DNA from: a virus
Taxonomy: Duplodnaviria > Caudoviricetes
IMG/VR virus record: IMGVR_UViG_3300017644_000118
Span: 1 to 44,220 of that record
Reading direction: 5' to 3' (one strand)
DNA: 44,220 bases
The notes below the pieces were generated by a model, which made no database searches, was not told the DNA's origin, and saw nothing but the letters and a program-made list of their open reading frames with translations. A program made the position numbers and the translations under genes. Positions 27,092 to 34,465 of the stretch are shown one piece after another (position 1 is the stretch's first letter; each line of letters begins with the position of its first letter).

Positions 27092-27333
27092 CACACGACG
27101 CCGTTGCTTGCTGTAAGCCTGCCCTCGGAAATCTGGCGCTGACGGCGAGCAACTTCACGCGCACCATTTGGCTTGTAGGTGCGTCCACCTAGACGAATGC
27201 GCTTGCCTGTCGATCGATGGCGGTGCGGTGCTGGCGCAGCAATCTCTGGGAACGGTGAAGTCAATGCCCCGCTAAAGAACCCACGAACAGACGACAGCAG
27301 TGCTGCCGCCATGACACTGAAGCCAAAGCGCAT
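27091..27333 (-). CDS. Small basic hypothetical protein
   Basis: GGAG RBS; NGAREVARR.RQI..G.L motif. Confidence 0.65.
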   Translation of the reverse strand: MRFGFSVMAAALLSSVRGFFSGALTSPFPEIAAPAPHRHRSTGKRIRLGGRTYKPNGAREVARRQRQISEGRLTASNGVV

Positions 27334-27361
27334 ATCGTTCTCCGATGTTTGACAAAGACAA

Positions 27362-27379
27362 CCCCGCACGATGGCGGGG
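27362..27379 (-). terminator. Hairpin/terminator
   Basis: ccccgc/gcgggg stem with a T-rich tail on the minus strand. Confidence 0.5.
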
Positions 27380-27439
27380 CTGATTGTTGATCGCTTATTT
27401 AGACAGATGCGCTATCCTGATGGAAACAGGAGGGCAGCA

Positions 27440-27640
27440 ATGTATCAGATCAAGGTTTTGGAACTTCTCGAAGACGGTACGTCACGGCCATATGAGTTCA
27501 CCGAAATGGAAACCGCGCAAGAGTTCGTCCGAAACGCCACCTTCGATTTGAAGGTCTGGATAGAAAAGTACGGAATATTCGACCGTGACGACTTCTTGAA
27601 GCTCCGGTCTATGCCGCAGGATGAAGCCATCCCATTTTAG
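27440..27640 (+). CDS. Small hypothetical protein (antisense moron)
   Basis: AGGAGG RBS, 66 aa. Confidence 0.6.
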   Translation: MYQIKVLELLEDGTSRPYEFTEMETAQEFVRNATFDLKVWIEKYGIFDRDDFLKLRSMPQDEAIPF

Positions 27641-27660
27641 TTTCGTGCCTCTCTCCAATG

Positions 27661-27688
27661 AAAAAGCCGCCACCCGAAGGCGACGGCT
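27661..27688 (-). terminator. Rho-independent terminator closing the ncRNA array
   Basis: Minus strand agccgtcgcc-ttcg-ggtggcggct followed by a T run. Confidence 0.8.
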
Positions 27689-27709
27689 GCAGACGGCTAC
27701 AGGTTGCTA

Positions 27710-27833
27710 CAGAACGGGCCGGACGCTATCCCGGCTAGACGGCCTTCCGAGGACCCTTTTCATCCCTTTGCGGGCGAAGTCAGTATCCGTCTCTGCTGTT
27801 TCGTGCGCTTCTGCTTTCAGCGCCGCCGTTCTG
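27710..27833 (-). ncRNA. tRNA-like RNA with a long structured insert in place of the anticodon arm
   Basis: 8-bp terminal stem cagaacgg/ccgttctg; D-like gcgct/agcgc arm; T-like gccgg/ccggc arm; inner agacgg/ccgtct stem. Confidence 0.6.
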
Positions 27834-27846
27834 ATTAGTGTCCGAG

Positions 27847-27927
27847 TGGCAGGCTCGCAGCAGGATTTGAACCTACGACCTGTGAACCGAAGTTCAATGC
27901 TCTATCCAGCTGAGCTATGCGAGCCTG
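27847..27927 (-). tRNA. Non-canonical/pseudo tRNA (Arg-like D loop) with a cUUCGg hairpin in place of a 7-nt anticodon loop
   Basis: TAGCTCAGCTGGATAGAGC D arm; GTAGGTTCAAATCCTGC T arm; 10-bp acceptor stem plus CCA; anticodon arm tgaac-TTCG-gttca. Confidence 0.75.
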
Positions 27928-27945
27928 TTTATCCACTCGAATTGC

Positions 27946-28027
27946 ATGTGCGCCGAGCGCCAAAACTCTCGGTAACTCTACACCCTTGCGGGGAGGACGG
28001 CCTTGGCATTCACCGCGTCTCGCACAT
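27946..28027 (-). ncRNA. Cloverleaf-like element
   Basis: 7-bp atgtgcg/cgcacat stem enclosing three arms, including ccc-GCAA-ggg and ccgag/ctcgg abutting the 3' strand. Confidence 0.45.
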
Positions 28028-28158
28028 TCCGTTGAGGCGTTGCCTCGAAACTGTGTGGCACTCTCTCCACCCGTCACCTTGCGCTTATCTACAGGTCAGC
28101 TAACCAGTCCGTCGAACTGATGCCTCCATTCGGGAGCGTCAAAGGTCCAAACCCGATT

Positions 28159-28228
28159 TGGCGCTGTGGGAGGATTTGCACCTCCCGGCAACCGGTTGGA
28201 CATTCGGTCGCCTGCTACTTGCACCCGC
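28159..28228 (-). ncRNA. D-arm-less tRNA-like element ending in CCA
   Basis: GGAGG-TGCAAAT-CCTCC T-like arm; 8-bp ggcgaccg/cggttgcc hairpin; 3' ...cacagcGCCA. Confidence 0.5.
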
Positions 28229-28235
28229 ATGAATC

Positions 28236-28257
28236 AAAAAGCGGCCCGAAAGCCGCT
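28236..28257 (-). terminator. Late-leader terminator (tR'-like)
   Basis: agcggc-tttcgg-gccgct followed by a T run on the minus strand. Confidence 0.8.
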
Positions 28258-28300
28258 GAATTATTATCAGGTCGCAATTCTGCACCCTGAAACTATGCGC

Positions 28301-28329
28301 AGATTATTCTGCTTCGCCGGATATGGCAA
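28301..28329 (-). promoter_or_regulatory. Putative late promoter (pR'-like)
   Basis: TTGCCA-N17-TAATCT just after the regulator stop and upstream of the terminator. Confidence 0.45.
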
Positions 28330-28334
28330 GACAT

Positions 28335-28919
28335 TCATGCGACTTTTCGGCGTTTCTGTGTGAAAAAGTGTCTATGAAGCGCGTTACATGCGAGACGAAT
28401 ATCTCCAAGCATGTGCGGGAAGAATTGATCATTCTCAAGCATGAATTGAACGGCAGCATAGATATTGCCATTTCGCGTTTCGGCCTGTGCTTCATCTATT
28501 GCCTTACGTGCGTCGGTATAAGCCTGCTTGGCTCGCTTTACCCATGCCTCGTACTCATCTGGGTCAGAAGCGCCAATCGAACCAATGTTGTCATAGTACG
28601 CGCCAGAGGAACATTCCGCCTTACGCTTGTCGTTGTAAACTTCCCGGTAGCGCTCGGCGGCGTCATACTGGCTCGTGCTGATGCCTTCCGCCTTGTCTCG
28701 CTTCCATGCCATATGCAAGCGCCCCAGGTTATCACCGGCCAATTCACTTAATGCTTCCGAAGCACTCATGCCGAATATCCTCATCCTTGCCAGTTGCGCC
28801 ACCTTTGCAGGCGGCTCTTTTGCCCTACTAATCTGACCGGATGGTGTGCGCAAAACCCCTTCCTTCTTCGGCCTCCCGCGCTTGGCATGTCGCTTTGCTG
28901 CTTTCGTTCTCGCCGCCAT
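28335..28919 (-). CDS. Putative late transcription regulator/antiterminator (Q-position gene)
   Basis: Last early gene before the promoter-terminator; basic RGRPKK N-terminus; function inferred from position. Confidence 0.55.
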   Translation of the reverse strand: MAARTKAAKRHAKRGRPKKEGVLRTPSGQISRAKEPPAKVAQLARMRIFGMSASEALSELAGDNLGRLHMAWKRDKAEGISTSQYDAAERYREVYNDKRKAECSSGAYYDNIGSIGASDPDEYEAWVKRAKQAYTDARKAIDEAQAETRNGNIYAAVQFMLENDQFFPHMLGDIRLACNALHRHFFTQKRRKVA

Positions 28920-28940
28920 GTCTGTTCCTCGTTAACCTGG

Positions 28941-29216
28941 TTATGCTTGATCGGGATCGTCTCGGAACTCGCCGCACCAATGATCCCGTTTTGTCAGATT
29001 TGATGTTGAGCGCGGCAATGAGCATGAAGTCATGCCGAGTCCTGCCGCCGCGTCATGGTTCTGGTTAGGAGGAAAGCGGACACACTCGCCAACCGTCGCG
29101 CTCATCCAACGCCAGTAATCGCAGCCAGCACAGCAAGGGCCAGTCTTTGCATAGAAATCATCAATGCTTTTCTGCATCTGGACTTCTGCCGGTACGTTGC
29201 TGACTACGTAGAGCAT
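28941..29216 (-). CDS. Cys-rich hypothetical protein
   Basis: CAGCDYW, GEC.R.PP, WCGEF. Confidence 0.65.
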   Translation of the reverse strand: MLYVVSNVPAEVQMQKSIDDFYAKTGPCCAGCDYWRWMSATVGECVRFPPNQNHDAAAGLGMTSCSLPRSTSNLTKRDHWCGEFRDDPDQA

Positions 29217-29225
29217 CGCCCTGTC

Positions 29226-29501
29226 CTATGCCGCTTGCTTGTGTACCGCGCTGAAGGGCTCAAGCCCCTGCGCAATGCGGATTTCATCTGCCAGCGCAAT
29301 CAGACCCGGCATGGACATTCGTTTCCACTGGCCTTTGCCACGACGAACCTTGACGCCTCCATGGGGCGCGCCGGCGATCTCATAGCCATATTCGGCCAAG
29401 AAAGGCGCGAGCCAGTGGATGCCGGAAGACGTTCCCTGCTCGAACCGGCGGGCTCCATGCTTGGCGAGGTATTCATTGATCAAAACTGTCTCAGGTTTCA
29501 T
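29226..29501 (-). CDS. Hypothetical protein
   Basis: ATGA coupling within the operon. Confidence 0.65.
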   Translation of the reverse strand: MKPETVLINEYLAKHGARRFEQGTSSGIHWLAPFLAEYGYEIAGAPHGGVKVRRGKGQWKRMSMPGLIALADEIRIAQGLEPFSAVHKQAA

Positions 29502-29707
29502 GATAGTGTTCCATGCTTGACAAAACGGGCTGGGCGGCGGTTTTCATGACTGATCATCGTATGGACCCGTCGATGCGCATCGGCTTCGCTGATCCCCATG
29601 ATCCTGCCTATTTCCAGCGTGTCCTTGCCCTGACGCCAAAGGCGAAATGCTTCGCCGTAAACTGCGTCTTTCTCTGCCATGTAGCGGGTGATGGGCTGGC
29701 GCATCAT
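29498..29707 (-). CDS. Small HTH protein
   Basis: LWRQGKDTLEIGRIMGISEADAHRRV. Confidence 0.65.
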   Translation of the reverse strand: MMRQPITRYMAEKDAVYGEAFRLWRQGKDTLEIGRIMGISEADAHRRVHTMISHENRRPARFVKHGTLS

Positions 29708-30270
29708 GCTGCCCTCCCCGCCTGCTTGAACGATCCGGTTGAAATCGGCTTCATGGTTTCCAGATCGAGTTCATGGCCATTGGCTTCCGCCGCCGCCTGT
29801 AGGCGAGCCATTGCGGCGTCATAGGAATTTTCTTCGTCCTTCTTGTCCTGCATTGCGGCCTTGACCGATTGCCATTTCTCGGTAGCTCTGGATCGGCTTT
29901 CTGGCGTCCATGATGATTGCGATTGCGCACGCTGGCGCTGCTCCTCGCGTTGCTCCCGTAGTACTCGATCACGATTGGCGTCCCATGCCATTGCATCGAG
30001 AATTGGTCTCATCACCTTGTTGCACTCTTGGCGCAGTTCTGGCGGGTCAGGAAGGAATGGGTGTCCTAGCGAACCTTGCAAAATGTTCTTTGTGGCTACC
30101 TGCAAGCCGTGGCGGGTAACTCCCTCCAAAGCGATGTAGTAAAGCGCCACGTTGAGGCTGTCGTTATCCGAAGCCCTTGAGCGAAGGCCGGAAAGCAAGG
30201 TCAAGCACTCGAACATTTCCTGCTGAGTGGCCTTCGTCGTGAAATCCTCGGTTTTCGCTAACTGGTTCAT
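29704..30270 (-). CDS. Replication-associated protein (gpP position)
   Basis: Follows the initiator gene; FLP.PPELR..C motif. Confidence 0.6.
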   Translation of the reverse strand: MNQLAKTEDFTTKATQQEMFECLTLLSGLRSRASDNDSLNVALYYIALEGVTRHGLQVATKNILQGSLGHPFLPDPPELRQECNKVMRPILDAMAWDANRDRVLREQREEQRQRAQSQSSWTPESRSRATEKWQSVKAAMQDKKDEENSYDAAMARLQAAAEANGHELDLETMKPISTGSFKQAGRAA

Positions 30271-31003
30271 CTTTCAAAACTCCAAGTCGCCTTGCTTCGT
30301 CGCGTATCGCATCCCCGATATTGCGGGGCTTGGGAGGCGGTTCGTTCCGGTGATGGGTAAATTTAGGGTCAGCTTCATCGAGCCAGCTTTGGCCGTTGAG
30401 CCACGTGGAAGCATGACGGGTGTATTCGGGGTTTTCGCCGCGTCGTTGCTCGGCATAGCGCCGAACGCCAGCGAGGATCGTTTCAAGCTCAGCCTGCTTT
30501 CGAGCGGCACGGAAGGCTTTGAGAGCCTGCCCCTTGCCAACACGGCGCGGATAGGCTGGCCAGAACTGTTGCTCGAATTCAGCTTCGAAATCGGGCTTGA
30601 TCGATACATCTGAACGAAGTGAAGATGTATTATCTGTATCTGTATGGTCGCACGGTGGAGATTTTAAGTCTTTGTTTTTATTAGGCTTGGACCTGTTTTC
30701 CGCCTGTTTTTCCGTGAATTTTCTCGTAGTTTCGAGTTCGATAACTGCGCGTTTATTCGTCAAAAACTCGCCGTTAGTCTCGATTTTACCCATGGCAATA
30801 AGTTCGCCGCGCAGTGAGTTCCACTTGCGAAGCGTGCAGCCGAGAAGGCCAGAAATGTAACGGGCATCATCTGGCAGATTTCCGCCCTGCATGTAGATCA
30901 GATCGAGGACAAGGCGATAAGCTGCCTTAAGCTCGAAAGGCATGCCAATGGTGCCTTCAATGAAGTCTCGCGGATATGCCTTGTAATATGGAAGACCGTT
31001 CAT
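30164..31003 (-). CDS. Phage replication initiator (DUF1376/YdaU-like)
   Basis: LPYYKAYPRDF..GT, AYRLVLD; C-terminal FW.AYPR.VGK..A.KAF and H.STWLN..W.DE. Confidence 0.85.
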   Translation of the reverse strand: MNGLPYYKAYPRDFIEGTIGMPFELKAAYRLVLDLIYMQGGNLPDDARYISGLLGCTLRKWNSLRGELIAMGKIETNGEFLTNKRAVIELETTRKFTEKQAENRSKPNKNKDLKSPPCDHTDTDNTSSLRSDVSIKPDFEAEFEQQFWPAYPRRVGKGQALKAFRAARKQAELETILAGVRRYAEQRRGENPEYTRHASTWLNGQSWLDEADPKFTHHRNEPPPKPRNIGDAIRDEARRLGVLKDEPVSENRGFHDEGHSAGNVRVLDLAFRPSLKGFG

Positions 31004-31353
31004 GCCGCTTGCGCCTCCTGGGCGCGCTGCAAGATAACGACGCATTCCTCTTTCAAACCCGCATCCCACGTCATTGTGAGGCGTTCGCAGAGGCTGTCGT
31101 TTTTGATGACCTTGTAATGCTGGAGAACGTCCAGAAGCGCTTTCATTCGGTTGTCGAGGTCCATGCGCTTATGCGGACGCTTCAAGGCAACCTGAATGCT
31201 GAATGGGCCTTCGATGAATTCGTTCTTGCCATTGAGGAAATAGCCGCAGTCACTGCGCCACTTCGCATATTCCGGCGATAGGCGGCGTGTTTTGCCCCAG
31301 CCGACATAAATATCCCAGACAGAGGGAGGGAATGGGAGCGCGAGCTTGATCAT
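31000..31353 (-). CDS. rusA: RusA-family Holliday junction resolvase
   Basis: LPFPPSV and DLDNRMKALLDVL...I.ND. Confidence 0.9.
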   Translation of the reverse strand: MIKLALPFPPSVWDIYVGWGKTRRLSPEYAKWRSDCGYFLNGKNEFIEGPFSIQVALKRPHKRMDLDNRMKALLDVLQHYKVIKNDSLCERLTMTWDAGLKEECVVILQRAQEAQAA

Positions 31354-31556
31354 GCCGCCTCGCCTTCTGCCTTACGGGCGATGGCATTCCGGTAGTCCTG
31401 AGCAACAGCTTCAAGGATTTCAACGTCAACTCGGCGGTTCTCAAGCTCATGATCTGGCCGCTTGCTCTTACCTTCGCTGAAGTCAGCGAGCCACCAGACC
31501 TTTTCATTCTTGATCTTTTCGACGCGAGCAAGTTTGTCTTGAAGGGTAATCGTCAA
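31350..31556 (-). CDS. Hypothetical protein
   Basis: Coupled ORF with GGAGG RBS. Confidence 0.65.
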   Translation of the reverse strand: MTITLQDKLARVEKIKNEKVWWLADFSEGKSKRPDHELENRRVDVEILEAVAQDYRNAIARKAEGEAA

Positions 31557-32224
31557 AGTTCACCTCCAAAAAGTTCGCCCTGTCTGGCGTCCTTGCGATC
31601 AAGCATGCGCAGGATGGTTTCGCCGCGATGCCCCTTGTCCCAGACGAACCAAGCGTTGAGCATTGGTGGAGAGCCTTGGCCGGTGAAATCGATCTTCCAA
31701 CGCATGAGGTAGACCCGAGCGGCGGGGAACCGGCCCCAGAATGATGCAAGACCGCCAGCACCGGGCCACGTCCAGTTGAGCAGCAGCGCCATATAATCGA
31801 CATCAAGCGTATCCAGCGCGTGGTAAAGCCATCGTGCTTTGCCATTGCCCCAGCCGCATTCTTGAAATGGCGGGTTCGTCACGATGGCCGGAGCCGGAGG
31901 TGCCGGGAACTCATAGAAAGACCGTATATCCGCATCGCAACCGCGGTCGATCAAATCCGATGCACGAACGACCAGCCCAAGCGATTCCATTTCTCGGACC
32001 ATTGCGCCGTCGCCTGCTGCTGGCTCCCAAATGCAAGGAAAGTCGCGCAGTCGCTCAATCTCCGCATGGAGAAATGCGCGTGTAGGTTCCGGGGGCGTCG
32101 GATAAAAATCGTCTTTTTCACGAACAAGGGAATCGGCCTTAACAATCTCGCCATCGAGCATGATGTGAACTGGCTTGGCCTTATTGCCCGTCGCTCTGAA
32201 AAGTCCGCGTGCTGTAGCCGTCAT
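31553..32224 (-). CDS. Orphan DNA amino-methyltransferase
   Basis: DFYPTP, motif I WEPAAGDG, motif IV IVTNPPF; GGAGG RBS before the ATG at 32224. Confidence 0.88.
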   Translation of the reverse strand: MTATARGLFRATGNKAKPVHIMLDGEIVKADSLVREKDDFYPTPPEPTRAFLHAEIERLRDFPCIWEPAAGDGAMVREMESLGLVVRASDLIDRGCDADIRSFYEFPAPPAPAIVTNPPFQECGWGNGKARWLYHALDTLDVDYMALLLNWTWPGAGGLASFWGRFPAARVYLMRWKIDFTGQGSPPMLNAWFVWDKGHRGETILRMLDRKDARQGELFGGEL

Positions 32225-32316
32225 TACATCCTCCATGCGAAATAGAGGCCGATCAAACAGACCAGCAGGATTGTCAGGAGAGTTGAGAGAACAGCGGCGG
32301 CGAAAGGGTTCATCGT

Positions 32317-32763
32317 TCACCCTTCTCTATTCGTGTCGGGAAGGTCTTTTCGTCCCTCTGCCGCTGCGTCAGCCTTAACCAGTACTGGCGCAATTTCTGC
32401 CACGCTGCTTGCAAAAGGCGTTCCAGCCAGAGCATCCGCGATGCCAAGAAATTTCGAATTGCGCGCATGGGCTAGTTCCCTCTCAGCCGCATAGGCTTTT
32501 TCTGATGCTTCAAGCGCCGCTTTGTAGGCGCGAGCGATGGCCGCATATGCGGAAACAGGCATATCTTTGATTGATCGATAGCGGAGGCGATGCATCCAAG
32601 ATGCCGGAGCGCCATACATGCGCTCAGCCCGGTGCATGGCAGCGTCAACGGTATCACCCGGCCCCCGGTAGGTGCTTTGAAGGATGAAATCACTCATCCC
32701 TCTGGCGCTGCTGACAAACTCGACACTCATTTTGTCAGATCCTTCAAAACCTTTGTCGGACAT
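32317..32763 (-). CDS. Hypothetical DNA-binding protein (CII position)
   Basis: GPGDTVDAA..R.ER..G....W..RLRYR; GGAG RBS. Confidence 0.6.
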   Translation of the reverse strand: MSDKGFEGSDKMSVEFVSSARGMSDFILQSTYRGPGDTVDAAMHRAERMYGAPASWMHRLRYRSIKDMPVSAYAAIARAYKAALEASEKAYAAERELAHARNSKFLGIADALAGTPFASSVAEIAPVLVKADAAAEGRKDLPDTNREG

Positions 32764-33082
32764 TGCAAAACTCTCCAGCTACGTTTCAGGACAGCAAAGA
32801 GAGCCTGAGACGAAACGAGAGCAGGAGTTGAGATTTGGAGCACATCGGGCATGCCGCATGGCGCGTTCTGCAAAACGCACGAAAAGCAGCGATTGCCCGA
32901 AACGAAAAAGGCGCGGGTACCGAAATGCACAGCGCAGAGGGTGTTCCAGGTATTTCTGCCTTGAACGCTGCGCTTCGCCCGGAGGCACCCGCTACCGTCG
33001 AATATCCGGGCGAACGGAAAAGATCGCGGCACAAAGGACGCTCGACGGGTTCTTGAATTGAAGATTGAGCGAGGCTTGTTCC

Positions 33083-33286
33083 TCATCGCCGCCCCTCGCT
33101 CGAAAAGGGAGCCGCGCCACGCTTATTGAAGGTGGCGCGGCTTTCTTCGTCAGTGTGGGAGGAGTTCACCAACGAATGGAAATTCTGCAATGCATGTTCA
33201 TGCGTGCGACCGCTCGCGCTCCTGCCGGTCTTGCGGCAAGAGGCGATGAATGTTCCGTCATGGGTTGGGAAAACGGTCGCGGGCAT
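33083..33286 (-). CDS. Hypothetical protein
   Basis: Abuts the upstream stop; GAGGG RBS. Confidence 0.45.
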   Translation of the reverse strand: MPATVFPTHDGTFIASCRKTGRSASGRTHEHALQNFHSLVNSSHTDEESRATFNKRGAAPFSSEGRR

Positions 33287-33595
33287 TTATTCGCCCTCGC
33301 TCTCAAGGGCGGAAGAAAAATTTTTCTCGTTAATATTTGCCAGTCCCAGCATATCGGCATAGGCGCAAGCGAACTCCGCTTTCTCAACGACCTTCTGGAC
33401 ACGCTTACCCTCGCCCGTGCCGTCGCGCTCATCCATGATCTGCGCTTTGAGCAGGGCCTTAATCTGCGACCAGTCGAAGCCTTTGGCAGCAGCAGCATCA
33501 CGCAAGGCTGCTACCTGCTCCGCAAGCTCAATCTGCTGCTCGATCAGTGGATAAGCTGCGGCATAGATATTCTTAAGTTCGCTGGAATGGCTCAT
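33287..33595 (-). CDS. GapR/DUF2312-like DNA-binding protein
   Basis: Helical, with AAAKGFDWSQIKALLK resembling the GapR AK..GFD motif. Confidence 0.55.
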   Translation of the reverse strand: MSHSSELKNIYAAAYPLIEQQIELAEQVAALRDAAAAKGFDWSQIKALLKAQIMDERDGTGEGKRVQKVVEKAEFACAYADMLGLANINEKNFSSALESEGE

Positions 33596-33822
33596 ACCGA
33601 CGCCCTCACAGAACGGGAGCGCGGTACAGGGACACATGCCTTGGCTCGCTCTGCGCGGATGTATGCGCGAATTTCCATCTCAGTTTCAGGCCAAACTCTT
33701 CCGCCTGAACGAAGCCTTTCAACAAGGCGACCGTTCTTGATGGCTTTCATTCCAAATCTGAAAGCTCCGGTTCCTGTTTCAGCCATGAAGGCTTCTATTT
33801 CTTCGAGAAGTTTCGTGCTCAT
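33592..33822 (-). CDS. Cro-like repressor
   Basis: LLEEIEAF...G....FG..A....LV.RLRSG; divergent from the CI-like gene. Confidence 0.8.
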   Translation of the reverse strand: MSTKLLEEIEAFMAETGTGAFRFGMKAIKNGRLVERLRSGGRVWPETEMEIRAYIRAERAKACVPVPRSRSVRASV

Positions 33823-33832
33823 AAACGCTATA

Positions 33833-33891
33833 TACACGCTATCGCGTGCATAATCAATACACGCAACAACGTGCACGCGCTTTTTCGTGTA
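33833..33891. promoter_or_regulatory. oR-like operators (TRCACG-N6-CGTGYA) at 33833-33850 and 33858-33875, plus a degenerate copy at 33874-33891
   Basis: Repeated palindromes between the divergent Cro and CI genes. Confidence 0.8.
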
Positions 33892-33908
33892 CGTGATAAA
33901 AAATCGGT

Positions 33909-34316
33909 ATGGCAGAGAACTGGAAAACCCGCCTTCTGAAGGCAGTTGATGAAGACCCGAGGTCAGACAGAGCAATCAGTCTGGCGACAAACATGGGCGT
34001 CAATACGGTAAATGAGCTTCGCAATACCGACAAATCACCCAGCATTGACAAGGTTTTGAAGCTCAGCGAAGTTCTCAATATCGATCTGGGATACTTGTTT
34101 TGGGGAAGGACCGATGAGAAAGAGACCGCCCCTATTCGGGGCGATCAGGCTATCCTTGAAACGTTGAAGCGGATCGAAGGGTTAGATCAACGAGGCGTTG
34201 AGGTCGTTTTCTCGGTTATCGATACGGTGATTAAGCGTCAGCCTTCCACACCAGAACAGTCATCCGCTGATGATCAATTCGCGCCTGCCACTGCCCACCA
34301 TGAGCCAAAGCCATAG
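33909..34316 (+). CDS. CI-like XRE HTH repressor with no S24 peptidase domain
   Basis: SDRAISLA..MG.NTV.EL....SPSID.V.KL..VL...YLF.G; only 135 aa. Confidence 0.85.
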   Translation: MAENWKTRLLKAVDEDPRSDRAISLATNMGVNTVNELRNTDKSPSIDKVLKLSEVLNIDLGYLFWGRTDEKETAPIRGDQAILETLKRIEGLDQRGVEVVFSVIDTVIKRQPSTPEQSSADDQFAPATAHHEPKP

Positions 34317-34449
34317 TTTCTGCGAGTTCTTTTGCTTGAAAATCAGCCTTTCGCATTGCGGTAAGAAGGCCACCATTCAGCGTGGCAACGCGCAATAACT
34401 CCAGCCTATCACCTTCCTTACCTGGCTGAATGGTTACGAATTTAATCAT
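34231..34449 (-). CDS. Small hypothetical protein convergently overlapping cI
   Basis: GGGGAGG RBS; HGG.W.ARIDH motif. Confidence 0.6.
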   Translation of the reverse strand: MIKFVTIQPGKEGDRLELLRVATLNGGLLTAMRKADFQAKELAETMALAHGGQWQARIDHQRMTVLVWKADA

Positions 34450-34465
34450 TCATTCCTCCCCGCCG

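Noticed and set aside
27847-27927. Canonical functional tRNA-Arg(TCG)
   Set aside because: The anticodon arm is 16 nt with a 4- or 6-nt loop rather than 7 nt; reported as non-canonical instead
27690-28235. YrlA/Y RNA or tmRNA identity for the tRNA-like elements
   Set aside because: Arm order is canonical rather than permuted as in YrlA, and no Ro60/Rsr gene is in the window; there is no tmRNA GGGGC...CCACCA acceptor or tag frame
27621-28363. ORFs overlapping the structured RNA array (27621-28103, 27835-28077, 27917-28120, 28166-28363)
   Set aside because: No RBS or protein-like composition; better explained by RNA structure
32764-33082. Several overlapping 70-125 aa ORFs or a possible regulatory RNA between Cro-operon genes
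   Set aside because: Cannot choose a frame or a convincing structure from the sequence alone
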